Origin: Octopus bimaculoides
Lineage: Eukaryota
DNA: 64,000 nucleotides
NCBI RefSeq assembly: GCF_001194135.2
Contig: NC_068986.1
Coordinates: 17,398,719 to 17,462,718, forward strand
Direction of reading: 5' to 3'
In this document: piece after piece, positions 24,776 through 37,344 of the stretch
How the letters are laid out: each line of letters begins with the position of its first letter
Numbering within the stretch: position 1 is the first letter of the stretch
Translations under genes and position numbers: made by a program
The notes under the pieces: generated by a model
What the model was told of the DNA's origin: nothing
Databases searched by the model: none
What the model saw: only the letters and a program-made list of their open reading frames with translations

Positions 24776-25277
24776 GCGCTTAGTTAATGTGTATTTTAAT
24801 GACAATAGAAATATATCATTTCATTGAAGTTGTTAAAAGATACCATGTAATAAGCAAGATGGCGTCCATTTTTGTTCAAAATATTTAATGAATTCCATAC
24901 ACGAACGTTTAAGTTTTCGAAAGAATCTTCAAAAATGCAGCTTTTGTTTTCACCATATTTCATAATCTAAGTTCATTTTCTATTTATTGTTATCGCTGCT
25001 TTGTTCCTGCCAGAATTGATATTGTTGGTCTTTTTCATAATATAATTATTTTTATGTTATATAAAGCAAACCATTATTATTAATGTCAAGGAAAGCATTG
25101 AACCAATCCTTCTGAAATACCGCAATCTATCATTGAATGCAATAACATAAAGAACAAAAGCAGCAACTACAACAACAACTTAACTACAACCGCAGAGGCG
25201 AACAACGAATGCAAGAAAATCAATGTCAGTAACAACAACGGCAACAGCAACAACAACAACGCTAGCGTAGTGGTTAC

Positions 25278-25345
25278 GAATTCTCCTTTAATTGCTAACT
25301 CAGCAAATACGTGGTCCCAAAATTCACTTGAAGGTGAAAGCGAGG
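25278..25345 (-). CDS. Weak candidate small exon (xSLSPSSEFWDHVFAELAIKGEF)
   Basis: Acceptor atctattctgtag|CC, donor TTC|GTAACC, open frame. Confidence 0.15.
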
Positions 25346-26010
25346 CTACAGAATAGATTAAGGTTGACAATATGCGATCCGGTGTCATGACGTTGTCAGT
25401 AAAATAAGTTAGCGACATCACCAGAACAACGGCTTCTTACAGATGTACGAACCGAAAAAAAGTAGGATAACCGAATTATCCGCTCCAGCACAGGTAGAAA
25501 AAAATAATGATTGTCAAATGCCCGAAGGTAAGAAAGCAGCAATATATTACGGTTGGTGGTGGTGGTGGTGGTGGAATGTTACAGGGAACAAGAGTCACAT
25601 AAAGGCTATACTAAATTTGGAAGCTCATAACAATTTGTGATTACAACACTCAGCATGATACAGTGTGATTGAAAACCTGAGTGTGAGCTAAGTGAAATTA
25701 CACAGAGACCAATCCAGAGTTATGACGAAAGCTGAAGAAACTAAGGTTGTAAAACGGAAATATACTGCATAGGAAAACTTGACAAGGACGTCCATGATCT
25801 TCGAAGTGTTTGTTGCACACGGAAATATTTGTGGATCTATCTAAGAAAATATTGGTGATGATTGAAACTAATAAACCAAAATGCTATACGTTTTGGCTAT
25901 CATATAAGAGTCGCAGAAATGAAAGGAAATAATGAAGTCGACATGAGCCAAGTGTAATCCGCAATCATGACCTCAAACCGAGACACTTCGTATTCTGATG
26001 TCTCATGAGA

Positions 26011-26056
26011 AAACAAAAGAGCGTGTCGAAACAAAAGAGCGTGTCGAAACAAAAGA
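26011..26056 (+). repeat. 18-bp tandem repeat aaacaaaagagcgtgtcg x2.5
   Basis: Direct reading. Confidence 0.9.
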
Positions 26057-26194
26057 CAAAAAGCCGAGTGGCCAATACCAAAAAAATTAATATGCGTGAC
26101 AAGTTTACCAGCAGCAATAACAATATCAATAGAATAATCTATAACAACAATAGGAGCAAGATTAGAGACAATAGTTTAAAATTTTGGCACAAAG

Positions 26195-26345
26195 CGAGCC
26201 ATTTTTAAGTGGTGGAGGTCATTTGATTTCACTGACCATATTTGACTGAAATTCTATTTTATCGACCCCGTAGGAATGAAAGACTAAGTTGACTTCCGCG
26301 GTGTATGAATTAAGAACCGAAAGAGCCAGAAGATAATGCGGTAGC
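26195..26345 (-). mobile_element. SINE family A, degenerate
   Basis: ttttatcgaccccgtaggaatgaaagactaagttgac core. Confidence 0.7.
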
Positions 26346-26721
26346 TACTGTGTCTGATACCTTAAAATGGTTAGAAATTAAATCAGTTTCAAGTACCGAA
26401 AGAACAGCGGATGCAAAAAGGAAATACACTCCAATAAAAGCAACTATTCTTTCTTCAAAATTTCACTGCTGCTATCGGCCAACAGCACCAACAACGACGA
26501 CTATGGCAAAAGTTGTAACAGATTCCAAAAATACTTTAGCGTAGTGTTTTGCGATATTTTTTCATAATCGCCCCATTCCTTGTCTTAACACTTTTTTTCA
26601 GGTTCCTTCCAGCAATTGTTCAACAAAGCAAAATTCTCCACAAAAAATAGCTGCAGGTTAATGGCTATTTTCTTATTAAATATCAAAACAGCATTTCGCC
26701 CGCTAATATAACTACGTTCTT

Positions 26722-27071
26722 TTTATCTTTTACTTGTTTCAGTCGTTTGACTGCGGCTATGTTGTAGCACCGTCTTTAGTCGAACAAATCGACCCAAAGA
26801 CTTATTCTTTCTATGCTATCGGTTTCTTTGCTGAAGCGCTAAGTTAAGGTGACGTAAACACACGAAAATCGTACAAACATCGGTTGTAGGAGCACAAACA
26901 CACACACATACACAAACACGCACACGCATATATATATATACGACGAGCTTCTTCTAGTTTTCGTTTACCAAATCCACTCCCAAAGATTTGGTCGGCCCAA
27001 GGTGCAGCGTAGTTGTACTGAACTCGGAACCATATGGTTGGGAAGCAAGCTTCTTACCACTCCTGCACCTA
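26722..27071 (-). mobile_element. SINE family B, complete gapless copy
   Basis: Both halves joined by a short (CA)/(TA) tract, showing they form one element. Confidence 0.9.
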
Positions 27072-27671
27072 TGATCAGTATGTAGAAAACAATTAAAAAT
27101 ACTAGTTGATTCTATTGTTTATATTAAAAGCAAAATGGTGACATGAATTGCAAAGACAAGATTTGTAAACTCGCCATACCGGAATAACGCATTACATTAT
27201 GGAATTTGACGGTATATTAGAAGCACTTTTTCTCCAATAGAGTATCTCAAAAGATATAAATGAACAAATAAATAGATGAAATAAAATCACGCTTGGTCCA
27301 ATATATGAAGTTATGCCTTCCATAAACTAATATTGCCGTTGAAGCTCTTTCCCTGAATACACACTGCTGAACTTGAGACGCGTCGTATATGGCCATCAAT
27401 CTTTTATACCATTAAATACAATAATTATTGTTCATGGTATTCAGGGAAGGTCCTTTCTGATCTGTCATCACTGTAAACAAAAGCGTTCAACGCTGACAAA
27501 AGCAACTTTTTCTTACATGCATGGAACCGAGATTTTATTATATCTAATGTGTCTTTTCATATGATGTAGCGGACGAATATATCATTTTAAGGAGGTTTGG
27601 CTTCTATTTCTGGAAGATTACGTAACCTCTAAGAGGCACGACATTTCATGGTCCTTATAATGGTTAATAAA

Positions 27672-27835
27672 AGCAGTGAGCTAGCAATTCTTCCGTCTGT
27701 TTACATTCCGAGTTCGAAACTTACCGGAGTCAACTTTGGCTTTCATCCCTCTCCCCGAACTCGATAAAATGAAGTACCAGTGGTGTACTGGAGGTGGATG
27801 GGATCGATTTGCCAGATCCAAATTGCTGGCTTTGT
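27672..27835 (+). mobile_element. SINE family A, degenerate
   Basis: gagttcgaaac B box, ggctttcatcc...cgataaaatgaagtaccagt. Confidence 0.75.
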
Positions 27836-27952
27836 ATCCAGCAATGGGCTGGCGCCCTGTTCATGAAGAATGTTGTAATCTCAGTCACAGCTCAGGGAAA
27901 CACAGTGACCAGCGTTCTGGGGCACGGGAAAGTAAAAAAAAAAAAACGTTAT

Positions 27953-28333
27953 AGGTGCAAGCGTGGCTCTGTGGTTAAGAAGTTTCCTTCCCAGCCACAT
28001 GATTCCATGTTCAGTCCCACTGCGTGGCAAATTCGGCAAATGTCTTCTATTATAGTCTCGGGTCGACCAAAGCCTTGTGAGTGGATTTGGTAGACACAAA
28101 CTTTCTCTCTCTCTCTCTCTCTNNNNNNNNNNNNNNNNNNNNNNNNNNNNNNNNNNNNNNNNNNNNNNNNNNNNNNNNNNNNNNNNNNNNNNNNNNNNNN
28201 NNNNNNNNNNNNNNNNNNNNNNNNNNNNNNNNNNNNNNNNNNNNNNNNNNNNNNNNNNNNNNNNNNNNNNNNNNNNNNNNNNNNNNCGCACGTACACACT
28301 CACACACACACGTACGTACATACACACAGACAT

Positions 28334-28367
<34 letters not shown>

Positions 28368-28577
28368 TTATATCTGTGTGCGCAAGTCTTTGTGTCTGTG
28401 CTGGCCCCACCACCACCACTGCTTGACAAACGGTGTTGGTGTGTTTACGTCCCCGTAACTTGTTTTTTTTTCGGCAAAAGAGACCGCTCGAATAAGTACC
28501 AGGCGTTAAAATAGAATAAGTGCTCCAGCATGGCCACAGTCTAATGACTAAATCAAGGACAAGATGAAAGATGAAAG
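27953..28577 (+). mobile_element. SINE family B spanning (TC)n, gap 28123-28286 and (CA)/(TA)n
   Basis: Both halves recognisable. Confidence 0.85.
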
Positions 28578-28874
28578 CCATACGTAAATAAACTAAACGA
28601 TGGATGGCGGAATCACGTTAAATAAAATACTAACTTAAACAGGGAATCTATTAGTTCTGCTAAAGTTGTAACCTCTGAAGATTATTAACTGAGATAGGGT
28701 CAGAGATTTAGTTAGTAAACAAGAAATGCCTTGTAGCAAACACATCGTGGCCAAAGTGCTAGCGGTAAAAATGGTCTTTGATAATTTCTTTGAAGCTAAA
28801 CCGATTGTGTTGTGTTGTGTTGTGTTGGCGGAACGTTGTAAGATGCGAGATAACGGGGAAACAACTGGCTTGGC

Positions 28875-29228
28875 GCAACTACTATAATAGGGATTGTTTC
28901 TGTTTTTAGATTCCACATTCGAGTTATCTCTATTTCCAGGTCTTTGTATTTTGAAAGTTTTTCCATTTCTTTTAGAGAAACGTTGTCATCTGCTGGTATT
29001 GAAACATCAATTAGAAGGCATTTTTTTCCTTCATGATCTTTGACAACTATATCTGGTCTATTTGCCTTAATTTCTCTATCTGTGTGTATTGGCATATCCC
29101 AGAGTATGGTTGCTTTCTCGTTTTCTGTGACCTTTTCTGGCGTGTGTTTATACCATCTTTTTTCTGTTGCTATTCCATAATGTTGGCATAGCTTCCAGTG
29201 TATATAGGTCCCAGCTCTGTCGTGTCTG
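28875..29228 (-). mobile_element. R4/Dong-like RLE fragment, subfamily 2, 5' junction in (TAA)n
   Basis: RHDRAGTYIHWKLCQ...ILWDMPIHTDREIKANRPDIVVKD...LLIDVSIPADDNVSLKEMEKLSKYKDLEIEITRMW. Confidence 0.92.
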
Positions 29229-29616
29229 ATTATTATTATCATTATTATCATTATTATTATTATTATTATAAGTAGTAGTAGTAGTAGCAGTAGTAATAGT
29301 NNNNNNNNNNGTAGTAGTAGTAGTAGTAGTAGCAGTAGTAGTAGTAGTAGTAGTAGAAGTAGTGGAAACAGTAGTAGTACTAATAGTAGTAGGTGTGGTA
29401 GTAGTAGTGGTAGTAGTAGCACCAGCAGTAGTAGCAGCACCAGCATCAGTAGTAGTAGTAGGAGGAGGAGTAGGAGAAGGAAGCGGAGGAGGAGGAGAAG
29501 GAGGAAGAGTAGGAGAAGGAGGAGGAGGAAGAGTCGCAGTACTAGCAGCAGCGGTACTAGTAGTCGCAGCAGCAGCAACAGTAGTAGTGGTAGTAGTAGC
29601 AGCAGCAGCTGTAGTT

Positions 29617-29656
<40 letters not shown>

Positions 29657-29675
29657 TAGTAGTGGTAGTAGTCGT
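29229..29675. repeat. Compound (ATT)/(AGT)/(AGC)/(GGA) microsatellite
   Basis: Direct reading. Confidence 0.95.
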
Positions 29676-29700
29676 TATTGTTTCGAATGTTTATGGCTAG

Positions 29701-29860
29701 CATTTTCTAGGGGAAGAGTAAAGTCGATTACATCGGCCCCTGAAAGTATAAAAGGTAAAATGGAGCTCGTAGTAATTTGAACTCAAAACCTAAAGCAGAA
29801 AAAGTTTTTTTAAATCCAGCTAAGCATTTATTCCAGCGCCGTAAAGATTCTGCCTTAACA
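29701..29860 (-). mobile_element. SINE family A, degenerate
   Basis: aagtcgattacatcg...aatttgaactcaaaac...gattctgcc. Confidence 0.7.
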
Positions 29861-30233
29861 CCACCACTATCACCACCACCACCACCACCAACAACATCAA
29901 CAGCAACAATAATAATTTATTTCGTTTTTGTATTTGGTTTGCAAGATTTTTTTATGTGAATTCGTGTGTTGAAATAAGTTTAGTTGTATCTATGCCGAGT
30001 CATTATGCCAATATAATAACACACAAACACACACACACATACACACACACACACACACACACGCACACACATACTCGTTCAATTCCATTAATTTATGATT
30101 CATCAATTGATTAAATATCCGATTGTTTTATTTTTATTTATCAAAACTCATTCGTTGCTTCTTGCAACCTTTTCAATGACTATTGGTTTATTCCGTTATA
30201 GAAGCCGCGTTTGTTTGTCTGAGATGCTGTTGC

Positions 30234-30234
<1 letters not shown>

Positions 30235-30276
<42 letters not shown>

Positions 30277-30500
30277 NNNNNNNNNNTGTGTGTGTGTGTG
30301 TGTGTGTGTATGTGTGTGTGTTTGTGTGTGTGTGCGCGTGTGTATGTGTGTGTGTGCATGCGTATCATCGTGTGCGTGTGATTGTGTACGTACGCACGTA
30401 CGTATGTATGTATATATTCGTGTATGTATGTATGTATGTATGTATGTATGTCGAAATGCCGCTAAACATTTAGCCCACCGTGCAAACCATTCTGACACCT
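30235..30500. repeat. (TG)n/(TATG)n microsatellite ending in a SINE A head fragment
   Basis: Direct reading. Confidence 0.9.
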
Positions 30501-32857
30501 AACTGGCATAATAATAATAATAATAATAACAACAACAACGGGAAACGTTTAACGTGTGAAAAAGGGCGAGTTGAAAACAATAGAGGAGTCGGGGCCGAAA
30601 CCGGACGTGGTTCCTCCTGATTATGTCTTTAGATACTGGATGGTATAAAGGAGCTATTAAGATAGAAAACCACGAAACGTGGTTGGAATTCCCAAGAAAT
30701 CGATGTAAATTGGGCGCAAACATTGAAACGTTCACAATAAGAGTATATATAGCGGGTTGTCAGCAGGAAACTTTTGAAAAGGTGGTAGAGATTCATTTGA
30801 GAGCAGACAGATGTGCTGGCATTTTGCATGGGCTAGCGCGCAAAATATAGAATGCGCGAAGCTACTTTTCAATAATGATCGATTCTGAGGAAAAAAAACA
30901 CTGATTTAGCGGCAGTGAGTGGATTTTTCTTGACATTGTATCGAATGGTATTTCTTTGATTAGTTAAAATGTAAGCACTCAATGAGATCTTCACGTTTGT
31001 GGGTTATGAGACTTGGTTATCTGAAGATCATAGAGAAATATGCCAGATTGTTTCAGTGGTCTTCATCGCTGCCAAGAGTGGATCAGTCTAACAATGATGT
31101 TATTCCAGGAATAGCAAGCGTAAAGCCAGTGAAATACAAACCAGGTTACTAATGCGGAGTGTCTTAGGATCTTGGAGGTGGAGAACTGATTGTTTGTTCT
31201 TCATTACTTTCATCTGTGATAGGAAGCTGCGATTAGAGACGAGTCGAACGATATGTCAGCTGCTCATACTGAGTCTGAAGCACGAAAATAATCAAGGACG
31301 TCTGGCATATCAATTAGTGGAGTGTCGTGTGGGGTGGGGTGGCGCTAACAATTAATTAGAGTGTGCTGCCGCAACAGAGCTGTAAGACTGGAAGTTGCGC
31401 CAGAGATGTTACATTCAACTCCCCAACAAGGAGTGGTAAAAAGGTAAGTATATAATTAAAGACAGGCATTGTAAGGAAAAATTAACCTCTCTGTAGATGA
31501 GAGAAATATTTGCAAAGAATGAAGAAACTTTACACATCATTACGCAAATTATCACATGGTTTCAGTTAAAGTATTATATAGAAGTGGAATTTTGAAAAGA
31601 GATTGGTTTTTTATTACGGCAAAGATGAATAATAATTTAATCTTAAGTGGTATTACTTGCCAAATACGTATATCCTTAAGTAACCATGTATCTATCTATC
31701 CATTTATGACACTTTCCTCTCCTACTCGTGTATATATTTATATGCGTGTGTTTATGTAAATAGGTAGATAGATAGGTAGGTAGGTAGATATAAGAAATGT
31801 TATAAACGTTTAGTAAAATATAAGCAGATCCGATGAAGGCAACTATCATAAATAAACTTCTTATTTAGCTAAGAAAACATTAACCTTTTAAATTAAACGG
31901 CAAAACTAACTTCCTATACTTTAAAATGTAGGATGGATCTATTTTGGAGTGATTTGGAAGCATCACTAAGCAGAATAAAATATCAATGCTGGCTCAAATA
32001 GAAAGAACTCGAAACTTAATGACCGTTAAATTACTTCTTAGTAGGGTTTATATATACTCGTAAAAATGAGGAAAATGATTGATTAATTGAAAAGAATGTA
32101 TATCGAACGAGAAAAATGGTGCATCATGGGAGACAGAAAATGGCGAAGTGCCGTTGCTTTAAGTAAATAGAAGGGATAAAAAAAATTATTTAAGATTGAA
32201 GAAAACTCGACATTTTAAGTTGTTACTGAAGCAGTAAACATAATAGTAGGGTAATAGGCCCTAAGGAAAAAAAATCCCATTAAATTAATTCCAGATAACA
32301 TTGATTTATAACATAGCAACGACGTTATCATCATATTTAAGGAAGGATAAAATCGATCCAGTACTTGACCTCGCATATATATTTATCGTTTTCCAGAAGG
32401 ATAAAACACAAAATCGATCTCGGCATGATATGAAATCAGAAATGAAGTGGAATGTAAGTAAGAAGCGCAAGGCATTTACCTGGAATTGTTTCACTGATTC
32501 CGTCAATGCATTGTCTGATGAGGATGACAATGATTTTTTTTTGTTTTTGTTTTTCTATTGGTGCCATAAAGTAACGTAGATTTAGTGAGAAAGTTATTGT
32601 TTCCATTAATCGATTGCCACAATTGATAGATATGTTATCGAACTATCAGTAATGAAAGTGTATTCTCAATCTAAGATTTATTCGAACGCGGAAACGTAGA
32701 TCAAAATTAAAAATTGTAAATACATTAAATCAAGCGCCCCATTAATATTGTCATCCATCTGTGTTTGATATATATTTATCTTACTAGTTGACCACACAAA
32801 TCATTAAACAGACACCTTGTGCTATAAAAGAGGTCTTTACTCTAGTTTTCTTACTTT

Positions 32858-33088
32858 CTTATTTCTTCACTGCCCACAAGGGGCTACACACAGAGGGGAC
32901 AAACAAGGACAGACAAACGGATTAAGTCGATTATATCCACCCCAGTGCGTAACTGGTACTTATTTAATCGACACCGAAGGGATGAAAGGCAAAGTCGAAT
33001 TCGGCGAAATTTGAACTCAGAACGCAGACAGACGAAATATCACTAGGCATTTCGCCCGGCGTGCTAACGTTTCTGCCAGCTTACCGCC
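32858..33088 (-). mobile_element. SINE family A monomer with 15-bp target-site duplication
   Basis: tagttttcttacttt at 32843-32857 and 33089-33103; same tail as the left monomers of the dimers. Confidence 0.95.
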
Positions 33089-33194
33089 TAGTTTTCTTAC
33101 TTTTTGATACAGGTCTCACCGAGATAAAGTTTTCTTTTCCTCTTTCTAAGGTCGGTAAGTTGAAATGCTAACTCAGGGCAGTGATTTGGCAAAA

Positions 33195-33497
33195 TTGTTA
33201 GGGTCGGATATTGTCGGAATCAGTTGCCAGAATCATCTTAGTCGAGCTGACAGTCTTTTATGAAAACCGGTGTTGAGGGGCATCGCCAATATAAAACGAA
33301 GAATTATAATGACCTTGTGAAAGAGCTGAACAAGGAGGGATATTAGAGCAGAGTACGACTATAGTGAAGTTGACGCACGGGAGTTTGTGACAATTACGCG
33401 CTCAACTAGAAATCAACGGTCGCAAAAGAACTGAAAATGAAACGCCTGACAGAGACAGCTAAGAAGAACTCAACTTTTCTATGGGGACGAAAAAAGC
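33195..33497 (+). pseudogene. HERO-like (RLE-type) non-LTR retrotransposon 3' relic
   Basis: Frameshifted SDIV...RIILVELTVFYE...KNYNDLVKELNKEGY...EVDAREFV...LTETAKKNSTFLW, resembling RPDIV/ELTVPWE/EVGxRGF. Confidence 0.75.
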
Positions 33498-33849
33498 AAG
33501 TAGAGTAGTTGCAATGAAATACTGCAAGCATCTAAAGAGAAAATAAAGAAAACCCGGTTTTAAACAGATCCACAGTGCAATCACTTTCAATGTAATATAC
33601 CCCACAGTTCAAGAAAATGTGATCACCCGAATGATGCGGTTTTAATTCGTATCAAAGGCAGTGGTTAGGAAACAGAAGGCAGACACTAGGGGCCATGACC
33701 TAGGTAGTCCTGGCTCTTTCATATTGTTGGGAACTAACAGGCCGGCCAAAATACTTGACTCACGGTAGTTCTACCACTGAAGATTTATCCAGTCTGCTCA
33801 CTCCGTAACGAGTTTCCCCTTACTCGTTCCCGTTCTTTTTCCATAAATT

Positions 33850-34270
33850 TTGAATTTGCAGCGCCGGCACATGGCCCGAACATTTTAGGGGAGGGGAGGC
33901 CAGTCGATTAGATCTACCCCAGTACGCAACTGGTACTTAATCTATCGACCCCCGAAAAGCAAAGTCGAACTCGGTGGAATTTGAACTCAGAATATAAAGA
34001 CAGACCAAATAGCGGTAAGAATTTCGCCCGGCGTCCTAACGTTTCTTATTTCTTAATTGCCCACAAGGGGCTAAACATAGAGGGGACAAACAAGAACAGA
34101 CAAAGGGATTACATCGACCCCACTGCGTAACTGTTACTTAATCTATCAACCTCGAAAGGATGAAGGGCAAAGTCGACCTCGGCGGAATTTGAACTCAGAA
34201 CAGAAAGACAGACGAAACAGTGGTAAGCATTTCATCCGGCGTGCTAACGTTTCTGCCAGCTCGCCGCCTT
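33850..34270 (-). mobile_element. SINE family A dimer (left 34045-34270, right 33850-34044)
   Basis: Same junction aagaaataag|aaacgttag and same right-monomer deletion as 836-1224. Confidence 0.92.
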
Positions 34271-34309
34271 AATGGATCTGATATATCGGTGATACATCAA
34301 GCTTTGTAT

Positions 34310-34760
34310 TTTCAATTTGTGGCCTACATCGAATTGCTCTAAATATATTTTCATGTCGTTTTGCTTTCTATATTACATCTTCCTCTATATGTGTTGTGTA
34401 TTACATGTAACTCCTAACATGTTCGTCATCTCTATGTGTTATGCTAAATTTATGAGGTTGAAGTTTTGTAGCTGGTTGCACTGGATATTCTGTAAAGAGG
34501 AATATTGTAATCTTATTTTTTAGGTGTTACTCGTAGTTTCTTAGTTTGTAGCCAAGTTTGTAGATGAGATGAATACTGTGCTGGTTGTGTGTCTGGCTGT
34601 GTCTAGAGAATGAAGGGATGATCTTGGGGAAATGATATTTGTGGCGTGGAAATAGTTGTCTGCAATGCTTGGGCAACTGTCGCACTTCCATAAAAAAAAT
34701 AAAATCTTGCGCAGCACTTGGCCTTAAAGAGGAACATTCCCTGGGTAGCTGTGTCTCAAG
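34310..34760 (-). mobile_element. Decayed unclassified LINE-like ORF fragment (copy 1)
   Basis: Frameshifted QYSSLQNIQC..NFN...TNMLGV...RGRCNIESK; shares ttttgctttct...aactcctaacat with 36690-37100. Confidence 0.45.
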
Positions 34761-35910
34761 AAGGCATACGGATTCTACAGACATAGAATAACTAATTTGT
34801 GAAATTCCTGATAAACTTGAAATAATTAAAAGTATTAAACTTCGACGTAATAGATTTGAACAAAGTTTCATTAATAACGTCTGCTGAAGTAGATTAATAA
34901 ATATGTGTGTAAAAGTCTACAACGAGATATTAAATATTAACAATAACAATGAAATGTGTATCCCCCAAGGAAAGTATAATATATATCAGTTACATCTGCA
35001 AACATATTTCAGACAATATACAATCGACTAAACAATGTCTGTGGTATATATTACTAAATTTATAGAAGTTAAACATAGACTATATGATATTTAGGGTACG
35101 TTCGCAGTTTCCTAGTGTGTCTTTGTCTTATAAATATCTAACATCAAAAAGGATAAATAGGCAGTGACCTCTCCCTTGTTTCTGTGTGAAAACGATTATC
35201 GAACAAACAGAATTATGTAAAGAGTGAGTTCTTACTTTTGATGCAGAAACAAAGGGAGAAGCAGCTACATGTTTTGTTGTTATTTTAGGTGTTGCATATT
35301 CCAGGATCAACTCTGATCACGCAGCTCCCTTGGACGAAGGAACCCAGCCAAACAACTAATATATTCATTCTTTCAAATATATCTCAGATGAATCCGAACA
35401 TTTTGCGAATTATGGATGCTGAGTGATATGTTCTACATTATCTATTGTCAAGGTTTTTTCGCTAAGTCTCTAGATTTTGGTGTAATCAAAGCGGAGGAAG
35501 AAACGGTAGTCTCGTTCAGAGCGTGAGAGTTGGTTTTCTTATTCACTTATCAATGATAGAATACATCAAAACGTAATGCTTGGAGACAAACAGGCTATTA
35601 ATACTTGACCTAATTGTGCGCAAATGTGATTATTTTTATGGTTATTTGGACAGCTTGTGGGAAAGTAGGTTGAAAACTGTGTTGCAGTTATATTCTGGAG
35701 TGTTTTGGATATCTCAAAACATTTAAAATCAAGTTTTCATCAAGGGAATTGCACTGAGAACTGAAGCGTGTTGAGGTGCACAAGTACCGTTCCTCTCAAA
35801 TCTAGATATTCATTTATTTTGAATCATTGAGTGCTTTGTGTACGGTCTTTGATGAGGCAAACGGTGCTCTCCTGTGTTCGTTATAGTTTATTGTGGCGTG
35901 TTAGCAATAG

Positions 35911-36590
35911 AGGCGTAGGAGTGGCTGTGTCGTAAGTAGCTTGCTTATCAACCACATGGTTCCGAGTTCAGTCCCATTGCATGGCACCTTGGGCAAGTGT
36001 CTTCTACTATAGCCTCGGGCCGACCAAAGCCTTGTGAGTGGATTTGGTAGACGGAAACTGAAAAAAGCCCGTCATATATATATGTATATATATNNNNNNN
36101 NNNNNNNNNNNNNNNNNNNNNNNNNNNNNNNNNNNNNNNNNNNNNNNNNNNNNNNNNNNNNNNNNNNNNNNNNNNNNNNNNNNNNNNNNNNNNNNNNNNN
36201 NNNNNNNNNNNNNNNNNNNNNNNNNNNNNNNNNNNNNNNNNNNNNNNNNNNNNNNNNNNNNNNNNNNNNNNNNNNNNNNNNNNNNNNNNNNNNNNNNNNN
36301 NNNNNNNNNNNNNNNNNNNNNNNNNNNNNNNNNNNNNNNNNNNNNNNNNNNNNNNNNNNNNNNNNNNNNNNNNNNNNNNNNNNNNNNNNNNNNNNGCCCC
36401 CCCCCCCCAAACATCGTATGACAACCGATGTCGGAGTGTTTACGTCCCCATTGCTTAGCCGTTCGGCAAAAGAGACCGATAGAATAAGTACTAGGCTTAC
36501 AAAGAATCGATTTGCTCGACTAAAAGGTCGGTACTCCAACATGGCCACAGTCAAATGGCTGAAACAAGTAAAAGAGAGTAAAAGAGGGGT
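35911..36590 (+). mobile_element. SINE family B spanning (TA)n and gap 36094-36395
   Basis: Near-consensus 5' and 3' halves. Confidence 0.92.
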
Positions 36591-36689
36591 ATAATAAGAG
36601 AGTATAATATTTGACGGATCAAATGTATTGTTTGCACATCAACCGTTGTCTTTTCCATCTGTTGGATAAATGTTATACGTGTGATTACT

Positions 36690-37100
36690 CTAGGTATGTC
36701 TCTACGCCGTTTTGCTTTCTTTAACATGTCTTCATTTTATGATGTAAATGTGAAAGTTTCTTTTATTTAACTCCTAACATATTTGTCCCCTGTGTGTGTA
36801 AGTTAAGTACAAGTTGTTCGTTTGATGTCTGGTCGCATTTACTATTTTATGATGTTAATAATGATAACAGGTATCATGTTCTTTCTAAGGTACTACTTGT
36901 AGTCTAGACTATTGGAAACTAGATTCTATGAGATGAATATAGTATAGATATGCTGCTGTCTAAAGAGGTTATGAGCGTGGTGAAATCTGTGTACGACGCT
37001 TTATGCATGATTTGAAGAAATGTAGAAAGTTTGTGTAGGTATACATTATAAAGTGTGAGAAGATACATATTTGGGGAAAGCAAATCAGAAAATTGCGAAT
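36690..37100 (-). mobile_element. Decayed unclassified LINE-like fragment (copy 2)
   Basis: Patchy similarity to 34310-34760. Confidence 0.35.
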
Positions 37101-37344
37101 TCTCGAACAGTACACTTCATATTTATTATTTACATTTGTTCAGTTCCAAAAATTTTGTTGTTCTTGCAAAAGCAACGAATATTTTGGAAAGGAGAAAATA
37201 GAAATAATAAATGAGTGGAAACTGAACCGGCGAGTTTGTAAGATATTAAGGCAGTTTGATTTTCCCCAGACACAACAAAATTTGTTTCAACACGAATTCA
37301 CATAAAGAATCTTACAAACCAGATACAAAAACGAAATACACTAC

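Noticed and set aside
26011-26056. Short direct repeats as a possible CRISPR array
   Set aside because: Tandem with no spacers, eukaryotic context, no cas genes; no CRISPR-like array anywhere in the window.
30623-30850. 75-aa complex ORF (HETWLEFPRNRCKLG...)
   Set aside because: No splice context or recognisable domain; could be a TE remnant.
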